Assembly: GCA_900128395.1 (NCBI GenBank)
Contig: LT649312.1
Coordinates: 1 to 39,521, forward strand
Direction: 5' to 3'
Length of the DNA: 39,521 nt
Source: Stramenopiles sp. TOSAG23-2
Taxonomy: Eukaryota
Positions 10,687 to 20,900 of the stretch are shown one piece after another. Every line of letters starts with the position of its first letter. Positions within the stretch are counted from its first letter, which is position 1. Position numbers and translations under genes: made by a program. Under the pieces are notes generated by a model, which made no database searches, was not told the DNA's origin, and saw only the letters and a list, made by a program, of their open reading frames with translations.

Positions 10687-13600
10687 ATGGCTGAAGTTAT
10701 AAATCCTGGACAAAAAGGTGGACAGGAAGATAGCTCAAAGCCCATCATTTGCTTAGCAGGTTGGTTTTATACTGATGAAAGCAGAACTTGGAAATCCTTT
10801 ATTAAACACCCAGATCTCGAAAATATACTAGAAAAATATGGTATAACAGTGAATAATCGCGTCCCAAAAAAAAAAAAAGAGTGTGACTTTTTATTAGTAA
10901 GTGAAGGGAATCCAGAAGATGAAAGAAAGGACAGCAAGGGAAAAAAATATTATTATAGGAATATAGCGCGAATAAAAATAAAAAGTAGCGAAACCAATCC
11001 TCAACAAAGTGATGAAAAACAAATTTGGATAGATGGATCGGATAAGTATGAAGCTGCAAAAAAATTAGGCATCGAAATAAAACACGACAAGGATGCACGT
11101 GCATACATTCAAGAATTGTTGAGTAATTCATATGAGATACATGAGTTAACAAAGGAGGGAACAGATGATGTGTGGCAAATAAGAAGATATGGACAATTTT
11201 TAATACACCTTTGGAAGCACAAGAAGCATACAATTATCCGTGGAATCGTTGCATTTGATAATGCAAAGAAGAAGATGGACGAGCTTGTCAAAGAAAAACG
11301 AAAAGAAGGATATGATGATATTGATAAAAACGAAAACTCGGAGTTCATAGGTCCCTCAAAACCATTCAAGTGCTCATCATTTCCACAAATAACGCCATTT
11401 TTATCTACTAAACAGAAAAATGAAAGAATTAAAGTATTTATACAAGATATTAAAGATTGCACGAAAAATAATTTTAAATTCAATATTATCATGAGTGATC
11501 TTGGGATGTTTGTAGAAATATTTTTACTGGAATTAAAGAAGTGTAAAAATAATAAGAAACTACAACGTATAAAAAATGGCATCAAAGAACAATTCAATCG
11601 TTTAGTGGAAGTTGCGAAGGAAAAAAAAAATACAGAAAAAGAAGGCAAAGATTGGTATTTTCTTTTAATACTTTTTCCTATGATCATAGCAATGGACGAA
11701 AACGAAAAAAACTATATACTTCAAAGGGATATGAAACGCATTGAGAACCAATATTACAACAGAAAATCTAAAACAGAGTCTAAAAAGGACAAATCACGTC
11801 AGGTTCCTAAGGAGCCTACTCATGACGATATGTATAAAACACATATACTTTCATGTAACCAACAAGAAAAGTTTAAAGAGCTACAACAGAAATTCAAAAA
11901 CTCAAAATCTATAGACAAAGTAGAAATAAAAAATTTTCATAAAGCTATTCGTGAGTCCATATCCCTAAAAACACTACAGAAAATGATTAAGTATATGAAG
12001 ATTAAAACGGACATAGCCGACATAGCCGAAATCCATAGCAATGAAGATGCGAAAAAAACAGAAATTACTGAAGACATAGTTGGTTTTGAATCAATCGATC
12101 CAGACGGTGGTTTGTTCACCAAAGCACCAATGGAAACTTCTAACAGTGGTGTCAACAACTTTTGCGCAGCATTCAGCTGCTGCTTTACAAGTCAAAAAAA
12201 CAATTATGTAAATTTTGTTCGCATTGGTATACTTATTCTCGAAGCAATTCCACAAATATTCAGGTTTGCTTTTGTGCACCGATGGAACAATTTATACCCG
12301 CATTTCGAGTTTAAAATAAAGCAAGCAGAAAGTGGGCGTCGATTAGTTGATGGGGGGGATGTAATTCGTAGGGCATCTAATGAAAAGTGGACAATTAGTA
12401 GGATTCAGCAGCATCAGGTAAAAAAGAGGTTTTATACATGTATCATGAGTGAGGATCTCAAAACAGAACTCACGGGCCGTATACAAAACTTAAAAAGAGG
12501 CGATGGTGAAGTATGCCTGGTTTTTCATGATACAGATAATTTCAAATATTTAAAAGCGCAGCATATTATAAAGATAGAAGAGAAAGAAAACCTCATTAAT
12601 TCCAATGATAAGACACTGAAATTTGAGTATAAATTCACATCAATTATTCTTATGACCTTCAACGATTTAATCGTTAATAAAATATTTGAAAATACGTATG
12701 TAACTAAAAAAAAAGAAAAAGAATATGAAAAAACGTACCTATGTGAAAAATTGCTTTTGGAAAATCTTTTGAAAACCACGCTTGAAAAATCCAGTGAGCA
12801 AGTTGACATTGTACATCGTATACCTGGACCAAATTGGGACAAAATTAAAGGTAAAACCATTGATGAAAATAGTAAACATCTTTTCGAAAACGCCATGATT
12901 GATGACTTAGATGTCACATGCATGAATGCCATTTTTAAAAATATAGGGGGCCTTTGTGACATGAAATCAGATCAATTCAACAAAGGGGAAAAGGAGAGAA
13001 AAAAATTGTACAAAAACAAGAACATTACGACTTTTGAAGCTTGGATAGATAAGGTTGGTGAATCAAACATTTCACCAGAAGTTATTCTTAATGAATTAAA
13101 ATTTATACGCAATAAAAAATTAGCACATCGTCATAGTACTAAGGTGCCTGACAAAGAATGGCGATATTGCAAAGAACTGTTTTTATATTTTTTGGGTATA
13201 TTGATAGAAAACAAATGGCTCAGCAAAGAGGAGGTCACAAAATTAAAAAAAAAAGTTAAAGAGGCAGAGGCTGTTAATATGAGCGACGGTATGAATACCG
13301 TGGAAAACATCCAAAGTAGAATGGAAACATTATTTTCAAATATTGACACGCAAGTAAAGGAATTTGAAAAAAACGTATCAAAGGTAAAGAAGGACGCACA
13401 ACAATTTGGAGACATAGTATCAAAGGCAGGTGATGATACACAGAGATTGGGAAAAGTTGTAACGAAGTTTGAAAAATTCGCAAGTTGCTTCGAAGATATG
13501 ATAAAAGTGTTGAATCTCAACAGTAATAATGATATAATAAAAAATGAAGAACGAAAAAATGACATGCAGAAACCTGTGAGTGATAAGATTAATTATAGCA

Positions 13601-16600
13601 ATGATTCTGGTGAAATAATTCATATAATAGTGGCCCAATTATTACTTTTAACTAAGCTAGCCGAAGGAGACAATGTTAGTAGAGAAAAACAATCCGATTT
13701 GGCCAGGAATCTAAAAAGGGCTTTGAACCAAGTGATGGATATAAGGAAAGATGTATCTTCTGGATGGTACCGCGCTTTAGACCTTCCTTCCATATTAGCT
13801 CCAATGAAAACATTAGCATTAAAATTAAATGCTATCTCATTGACAAATCCCGGAATGAATACAACATCATCACCAACAACAACAATATCATCAGATTCTA
13901 TATCCTCTGTTACAGGGCTTATTTATTTATGCATACCAAATATTGAAAAAGATAAATATGAAAATGTTAATATTCAATTTTTATTAGAAGCACAACATAT
14001 ACAACAATTTACAGGTGCAAAACTTTATCAAGGGAATTATGAAACGTTTTTAGAAACAATTGACTCACATGAAAATCAATCTATCAAATGGATACATTTT
14101 ATTGGACATGGTGGTAAAAATACATTTGGACGTGATTTAGGACTTGTATTAGCCGATGATAAAGGAAATTTAGAACATATTGAAGATGAACGTTTAATAA
14201 AAACATTGCGTACACGTACAACGCAACTCGAATTAGTAACATTTAATGCATGTTCTACAAGTAAATTAGTGGCCGCAATAACAAAACAAAATGGAGTGAA
14301 ACATTCATGGGGATGGTCAACAAAATGCCATGGTTATGCTGCAGCTATTATTGGAAAATGGTTTTATTATCATCATATAGTATTAAAGAAGTCCGTATTG
14401 GATGCATTTGAATGTGCAAAAAGTTATGTTGATGTAAAAACAAAAGTGATTGGAAAAGGTGTTGATAATGTTCTCATTTCAGAGGAACAATTTGTATTTG
14501 GTGATCCATCGAAAAAAACAAAAATTGATAACATGGATGTAGCTGGTATACCATTATTACTAAATAACAAATGGCAAGATAAATTTCCATATGCCTGGTA
14601 TGCACTTTCATATAAAAAAACATGGTCGAAGAAAATTCATAATAATAAATTTAATGAAGTGTTATATTATGTTTGTAGCAATGAAAATGAAATTTGCACT
14701 GTAACGGGCATACGTGGATGTGGTGGTGCAGGTAAAACTGTACTTTGTTTACAATTGGCTCAAGATCCGTTGATCTATTCGACATTTAAACACGGTGTTG
14801 TATATATCAAAGCAGGACAAGAAGCAAGACCGCTTAATATATTAAAACAATGTTTTAAACAATTGAAAGAGGACAAGAAATTAATTAAATTAAATATAAA
14901 GGATGAAAAAGATTATGAAATATATCTTGATGGAGAGAAAACGTTTGGGGTTGACGATGAAACAATGACGCGAAATTGGGTCAATGATAAAAAGTTAAAG
15001 TGGTTAGTTGAAAAATTACAGCAATATTTGCAAGGCATAGATTTACATGCTGTTGTTATTATTGATGATGTTTGGTCCGACAAGTGTTTTGATCACTTAA
15101 CTTCAATAATACAAGCAAAGGCATGCAATTCGCGTATTGTTATATCAACAAGAAATAGTACCATATTGGAAGGTAAAGATAAAAAAGAATTTTGTTTAGA
15201 TACATTAAATGAGACGGATGCCATTGATTTTTTCAAGGGGCAAACAAATGATAATGATAGTAATTGGAACGAAAACGACTTAAAAGATATTGTTAACAAG
15301 ACTGGCAAACTTGTCCTTTTTCTCTCCATATTAGCAAAAAAAGTTAACTTTAAAAACTACGAAGATGGTGGTTTAAATCGTATACTAAAAGCATTAGATC
15401 CTAATCGATCGACATTAAGAAACACTTCAATTGGATTAAAAAAAATCTTCAATAAAGCAGAAGATGATGTAGCATATGGAAAATCTGCATTAGCTTGCTT
15501 ATCAATTGGTGTTGATTTTATTGAAGATGATATTCAAGATGATCAAGGTAAAGAGGTACAAAATAAATATATCATGTTGGGTATATTTCCTGAAGATAGT
15601 GAAATATCATATGAAGCATTAAAGGTATTATGGAATTTTGATGATATAAATTATGTCGAAGAACATGTTGAATATTTTTCTAATCAATCTCTTTTAGTTA
15701 ATAATCGAACAGGTAAATATATTAAAATGCATAATTTACAGTGTAGATATGTGATTGAACGTTTGAAGGAAGATAATGATGGTATTGAAATTGATCAATT
15801 ACTTAAAATTATAGCAAGTACCATGGTTGAATTTCCAAATGCTTTTAAGGATTGTGTTGAAACGACCAACATTATTTGTTCATCGATTATATGTGCATGC
15901 GAGAGAGGGCGTTTGGAAGATCTCAACATATTGCTTGAAGCTAAGGATAGTGTTAATAAATTCGGCAAAAGCATTCGTGGTCATGAATGTACACCTTTAA
16001 TGGCAGCATGTGTATGTGGGCATTTAAAAATCGTAGAATTGCTATTGAGTAAAGGTGCTGATGTTTTACAAGCAGAAAGTCGATTTGGTTGGACTGCTTT
16101 GCATTGGACTATATTATGTGAACCAAAACCAGACGAATATATCCAGATAATAAATAAGCTTTTGGAGGTAAAAGCAGAAGCATTAGTAAATCAAAGAACA
16201 CGGCAAGGGGAAACTGCGTTAGATTGTGCAAGTAACAGACTTGATTCTGTTGAATTTTGTGAATTATTGAAAATGAAAGGGGGGAAACGAAGGGTCGAAT
16301 TAGAAGAATATACGAGGAAAGCTGAGCGGATAAATTACTTGTTTGAGGCGGTAAAAGATGATGATATGATAAGCATTTACATAGGTGAGCTAACTAATGG
16401 TGATGAAAATAGTGTACTAGAACATTATGTGGATGATAATGGCAATAATCTGCTTCATCATGCTGCAATGCATAGTAAAAATGCCGATACAATGAAATTA
16501 TTATTACAACACACGTTGTTAGAGGAAGCTGTATTTAAAAACGAAATCACAAAAAAGACACCATTAGATGTTGCAAAGGAACGTAAGAAAAAAAACGACG

Positions 16601-17031
16601 AAACAGAGATTAAAAACAAAATTACTAAAAAGGCGCCATCGGAAATTGAAGTTATGATTGCATTGTTAATGAAAACCAAATACGTAAAAGATTTATATGC
16701 AGCTGTTAAAAATGATAACCAGGCTTCAATAATAGAATGCATAAAGCAGCTCGATAGTCTAGCTTTAATACTGTATGGCAAGGGTGAAAAGATTATACTA
16801 GGGCATTATTTGAATGATGCTTGCAATAATCTGCTTCATCATGCTGCAATGCATAGTAAAAAGGCCAGTACAATGAAATTATTATTACAATACATGTTGT
16901 TAGAGGATGCTGTATTTGAAAACAAAATCACGAAAAAGACACCATTACAGGTCGCAGAGGAACGGAAGAAAGAAAACGACGGAACAGAGATTAAAGAGAT
17001 AATTACATTGTTAAAGATGAAATTTGAGTAG
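10687..17031 (+). CDS. STAND NB-ARC (APAF-1-like) NLR-type protein: BRCT - WGR-like - HEPN - coiled coil - CHAT protease - NB-ARC - ankyrin repeats
   Basis: BRCT: IICLAGWF..LENILEKYG..GSDKYEAAKKLGI. WGR-like: RRYG..AKKKMDELVKEKRKEGY. HEPN: NFVRIGILIL..FRFAFVHRW, DLDVT, RNKKLAH (13108-13128). CHAT: HFIGHG (His 14107), FNACS (Cys 14251). Walker A GCGGAGKT (14716-14739), Walker B VVIIDDVW, sensor ISTRN, MHN (15727). ANK: TPLMAACVCGH, GWTALHW, GETALD, NLLHHAA twice. Confidence 0.88.
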   Translation: MAEVINPGQKGGQEDSSKPIICLAGWFYTDESRTWKSFIKHPDLENILEKYGITVNNRVPKKKKECDFLLVSEGNPEDERKDSKGKKYYYRNIARIKIKSSETNPQQSDEKQIWIDGSDKYEAAKKLGIEIKHDKDARAYIQELLSNSYEIHELTKEGTDDVWQIRRYGQFLIHLWKHKKHTIIRGIVAFDNAKKKMDELVKEKRKEGYDDIDKNENSEFIGPSKPFKCSSFPQITPFLSTKQKNERIKVFIQDIKDCTKNNFKFNIIMSDLGMFVEIFLLELKKCKNNKKLQRIKNGIKEQFNRLVEVAKEKKNTEKEGKDWYFLLILFPMIIAMDENEKNYILQRDMKRIENQYYNRKSKTESKKDKSRQVPKEPTHDDMYKTHILSCNQQEKFKELQQKFKNSKSIDKVEIKNFHKAIRESISLKTLQKMIKYMKIKTDIADIAEIHSNEDAKKTEITEDIVGFESIDPDGGLFTKAPMETSNSGVNNFCAAFSCCFTSQKNNYVNFVRIGILILEAIPQIFRFAFVHRWNNLYPHFEFKIKQAESGRRLVDGGDVIRRASNEKWTISRIQQHQVKKRFYTCIMSEDLKTELTGRIQNLKRGDGEVCLVFHDTDNFKYLKAQHIIKIEEKENLINSNDKTLKFEYKFTSIILMTFNDLIVNKIFENTYVTKKKEKEYEKTYLCEKLLLENLLKTTLEKSSEQVDIVHRIPGPNWDKIKGKTIDENSKHLFENAMIDDLDVTCMNAIFKNIGGLCDMKSDQFNKGEKERKKLYKNKNITTFEAWIDKVGESNISPEVILNELKFIRNKKLAHRHSTKVPDKEWRYCKELFLYFLGILIENKWLSKEEVTKLKKKVKEAEAVNMSDGMNTVENIQSRMETLFSNIDTQVKEFEKNVSKVKKDAQQFGDIVSKAGDDTQRLGKVVTKFEKFASCFEDMIKVLNLNSNNDIIKNEERKNDMQKPVSDKINYSNDSGEIIHIIVAQLLLLTKLAEGDNVSREKQSDLARNLKRALNQVMDIRKDVSSGWYRALDLPSILAPMKTLALKLNAISLTNPGMNTTSSPTTTISSDSISSVTGLIYLCIPNIEKDKYENVNIQFLLEAQHIQQFTGAKLYQGNYETFLETIDSHENQSIKWIHFIGHGGKNTFGRDLGLVLADDKGNLEHIEDERLIKTLRTRTTQLELVTFNACSTSKLVAAITKQNGVKHSWGWSTKCHGYAAAIIGKWFYYHHIVLKKSVLDAFECAKSYVDVKTKVIGKGVDNVLISEEQFVFGDPSKKTKIDNMDVAGIPLLLNNKWQDKFPYAWYALSYKKTWSKKIHNNKFNEVLYYVCSNENEICTVTGIRGCGGAGKTVLCLQLAQDPLIYSTFKHGVVYIKAGQEARPLNILKQCFKQLKEDKKLIKLNIKDEKDYEIYLDGEKTFGVDDETMTRNWVNDKKLKWLVEKLQQYLQGIDLHAVVIIDDVWSDKCFDHLTSIIQAKACNSRIVISTRNSTILEGKDKKEFCLDTLNETDAIDFFKGQTNDNDSNWNENDLKDIVNKTGKLVLFLSILAKKVNFKNYEDGGLNRILKALDPNRSTLRNTSIGLKKIFNKAEDDVAYGKSALACLSIGVDFIEDDIQDDQGKEVQNKYIMLGIFPEDSEISYEALKVLWNFDDINYVEEHVEYFSNQSLLVNNRTGKYIKMHNLQCRYVIERLKEDNDGIEIDQLLKIIASTMVEFPNAFKDCVETTNIICSSIICACERGRLEDLNILLEAKDSVNKFGKSIRGHECTPLMAACVCGHLKIVELLLSKGADVLQAESRFGWTALHWTILCEPKPDEYIQIINKLLEVKAEALVNQRTRQGETALDCASNRLDSVEFCELLKMKGGKRRVELEEYTRKAERINYLFEAVKDDDMISIYIGELTNGDENSVLEHYVDDNGNNLLHHAAMHSKNADTMKLLLQHTLLEEAVFKNEITKKTPLDVAKERKKKNDETEIKNKITKKAPSEIEVMIALLMKTKYVKDLYAAVKNDNQASIIECIKQLDSLALILYGKGEKIILGHYLNDACNNLLHHAAMHSKKASTMKLLLQYMLLEDAVFENKITKKTPLQVAEERKKENDGTEIKEIITLLKMKFE
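16420..16997 (+). repeat. Internal duplication of a C-terminal ankyrin unit (about 16420-16615 and about 16803-16997)
   Basis: HY(V/L)..NNLLHHAAMHSK.A.TMKLLLQ..LLE.AVF.N.ITKKTPL.VA.ERKK.ND.TEIK occurs twice with high DNA identity. Confidence 0.85.
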
Positions 17032-17099
17032 ACTCCAGGTTCGAAAGAATTCAGGGAGCGAAGAATCAGCATAAAGCCAAGGCTAGGAAAGACAATTAT

Positions 17100-17404
17100 G
17101 CCAATGGCCAATACTTTTTGTACATCAGTAATATATTATTATTATCTCTAGGTCCAATTCCGTTAATGTATTGTTAGTTTTTAACAATTCACCAATAGCT
17201 AATACATCCTCATCTGTAAGACTCCTGTAACGCAAACCCACACTTCCCTCACGAAAATCTACCCCATAACAATCCCTCAACCCATCCACAATACCTTCAT
17301 TTTTATCATTTAAATCGACCACCTTTTTCTAATAAATATTCGACCACATCCATTTTACCATAAAATGCACTTAAATATAGTACGAGCGTATGATACACAA
17401 ACAT
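17100..17404 (-). pseudogene. Frameshifted ANK-LRR chimeric gene remnant
   Basis: MFVYHTLVLYLSAFYGKMDVVEYLLEKGG, +1 frameshift, then DLNDKNEGIVDGLRDCYGVDF..DEDVLAIGELLKTNNTLTELDL. The first half matches the 30588 ANK gene and the second half matches the 37834 LRR gene. It decays after one LRR. Confidence 0.8.
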
Positions 17405-17937
17405 TTTTACAATTTACAATTACCTATCTCTACACTCTCTTTTCCTTTTTCCTTCTTTGTCGCACTTCCCCCCTCACTAGTGTAGTAAACGGGTTTATTT
17501 TATTGCATCAAAATTTAATAAAATGTCAAAATTGAAAAAAGATATAAAATATAATGGCACACTATTGTATTTTTTAATGTAAAAATGAACAAATAAAATC
17601 ACATAAAATCTACATAGAATATTATACTTATTAGTATATAAACACACGAATGAACTAAAAAAAAAGAGAGGGGCACGCTGCAGCTGCAGGCCCGAAGGCA
17701 GGGAGAAGACGGATTTTGAGATGTTAATCGATGTAAGCTGGTAAGGTTTTCGGCATGATTTTTGAGATCGGCAATATAACCAGGGAGATTAAGATATAAC
17801 TTTCACGTAAGCTGGAAATCTCAGCTGGGAAGACTCTGCGCTTGCCAGAGTAACTTTCCCGTTCTTCCCGTTTTCCCGGTTTTACACACTCTCCCTCAAC
17901 GGAAATGTTACTGGAAATATTACTGGTAATGCGACCT

Positions 17938-20900
17938 CTAAAACGGACTAGTCGGGCTCACTCCAGCACCACCTAAATCAATATACTCCTGTTTCAATCG
18001 ATTTGTCTCTGCTTCATACTTGTGATCATCATATACTTTAAAAAATGCACGGCGATCTAATCGTGGTATGGTAGTATTCATATCTGCTTCTTCATCTTGT
18101 TCAAGTAAACGTCGATCACTTTCTGATAATTGTTGCAATAATTGACCTAATTCTTCAAGTTTTAATGTATTTCTTGGATCGTCAACGTCATCAATAAATG
18201 TATTTGGATCTGCATGTTGGTCGTATTTTGGACTAACAGGACCACGTTGATACCGTTCAAATGGTGTTTCCACGGAATGATCTTCTTCAAAATAATCCAA
18301 TGGCTCAGTATATTGTGTTTTACCTGGTCTATTATTCATATTTTTCTTTCGTCGATGATTATTATCTTTATTCTTTGGAGATAATAAATTAGATAATTTC
18401 GTGTTAATACGTAATGGCGTGCCATTGTAATGATCTTGCTCATATGCACTTCTTCCAGTATCATTGTCGATTATATTCCATGGTAAATCAGATGGAAAAC
18501 TTGTTTTGGCACCTGTAAAATTTGTATCATTTCTATTTCGACGTTTTGGATAATCTTTACGTTGTAAATGGCAATCTGTTCGTGATTTTACATGCGACCA
18601 ATCTAATTTTTTACCTATTCTACGTCGATTGTTTTTCTTAGTTTTCTTTGCAAAAGTTGTTTCTTTATCATCAATATTTTTGTTATTATCATCATCCTTT
18701 ATTGCTGTGGTAGTACTAATATCGGGCATCGTATTTTCACCACCACCACCATTTGAAGAAGCAGTATTATTCATTGATCCTATCATCCCACCTTCTTTCT
18801 TTCCCGCCATCATCGTTCGTTTTTTCTTTTTCTTACTCGCAGAATGATTTCTTCTTCCAAGACTTGGATTACCATGTGCCAATCCACCCTCAACAGCTTT
18901 AGCTGGTTCAAACTCCATCAATTTCATTCGTAAACGGATTGTACCACGAACAATATCTTTATTCATTTTATTTTCCAATATTTTTGTCACATCACATTTT
19001 TCAACATCAGTATCTAATATTATTGTATTATCTCCGTTATTATTGGCATTTTCACGTTCGTTACTTGGCATTAATGTATCTAATGGTATAGAAACCATTC
19101 CTAAAAAAATCTGTTTATTAAATCGATCGTTATCTCTTACTTCAATATCTAATACAAAATCATGAATCATAGCACTATCTCCCATTTCATTTAAATTTAA
19201 TTTAAATAAAAACATTGTATTGAATGTTGGATCCAATGTGCGCTTTTGCTCTTTTGTTTTTCGACATAAATATGGCATATTTTTTCGCTTCAACGTTAGT
19301 ATAGCATATGGATCACGATTTTGTGCCCTTTCTTTGTATATATGCGATGCGACGGTTAAATTTTGTGCAGATACAATTTCAATACCAAATGAATTCGGTA
19401 CTTTCGTACCATTATTGGTGTTTAGTAAAGGTGGTGAATTGAATGCTTCTTTTAACCATAATTTTGATGTTTGCTCCGTTTCCTCTTCATTGTCTTTAAT
19501 TGGACTTTTCAACATATTCGACGAATTATCATTATCATCACCATTATTTTTATTCCCACGTTTCAAAAATTTGTTCTTTCCCTCTTCCATTTTTTCATTA
19601 TTACTATTATTATTATTATTATTATTACCATCCATTGTCGCCCCTTCATCACGGCTATTGTTTTTCTTCGTCGATGGTGTGATAGCACCACCACTACTAC
19701 TATTAGTATTAGATGCCTTATTACTATTAATTCGTTCCTGTTTCAATTTTAAATTATATGCCTTCATTCGCTCCCTTGCTTTTGCACCTAATTTTACAAC
19801 ACGAGAAGAACGTTTTGAGACTTGTACGTTATTATTATTTCGACCACCACGTGGAGATGTACCTTGTTGTGAAGTATGAATCAACATTTTTTCTCGATTT
19901 TCACGTACTTTTCTTAATTCCGTACCTATCCCATTGCGCTTAACTTCTTTTAAATGCAAATAAAATTCTTTTTTTTGAGTTACTAATTGTTTATGTATAC
20001 TTGTATATAAAGGATCGCTTGTTCCCAACTCTTTTAAGATATTATTACTATCCTGTATTGTTTTAATTAGTGTGACCGATCGTGGTAATTTATACAATGT
20101 TAAGCGTACAATATATCCTTTAACAATTGCTTTTAATATTCTATACGAAATATTTAACTTTTTTTGTTGAATTCGTCTATGATCTTCAGGTGTCATAACT
20201 GTTTCCAATATTTCTTCAACTTTTTTATCATTACTATTATTGACATCTACTTTTAATTCCTCCATCTCCTTGTCATTACCATCAAATTTGTTTATATTAT
20301 TATTATTATTCTCATTCTTTGGCGTATGAGAAGGGGATGAAGATGCACTTTCCAATTCTTTCAATTGTTTATTGAACTTTTCTTTCAATTTTTGTTGCTG
20401 TAATAATCTAATTGATGGCATGATTCTTATCTTCCACCATCTTTGCAATATACCTGCAGCATGTAAACGTTTCTGCTTTTCTTTGTGTCGTTGTACAGCT
20501 CGTAACTTGATAGAATTTAACTGTTTTGCCTTTGTTTTATTTTTAGCTAATTGTTGTTCTTTGTATTTGTTTGATAATTGTATAGCTTGTTCTTTATATG
20601 ATAGCAATGATTTGCCATAATTTTCTTTCTTTTCTTTCTTTTCTTCTTGTATGGTATTACTACTACTAGTAGAAATTATATTTAATGGTATAGTAGCAGG
20701 GCTGTCCATATCGTCATTATCATTTTTAAACATATTTGATTGTAAAAATTCATCAAATGATTTCATTGGTGTATATTTTGCTTCTACTTGTTGAATCAAA
20801 GATGCTGCATTTTCAACAGCAACATTTTTTACTTGATTATTTACTGGCGTTTTAATATTATATTTATTATTATTACTTCTATCATCACCATCATTATTAT

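Noticed and set aside
17030-17060. tRNA-like T-loop CCAGGTTCGAA
   Set aside because: No closing T stem, acceptor stem or anticodon arm.
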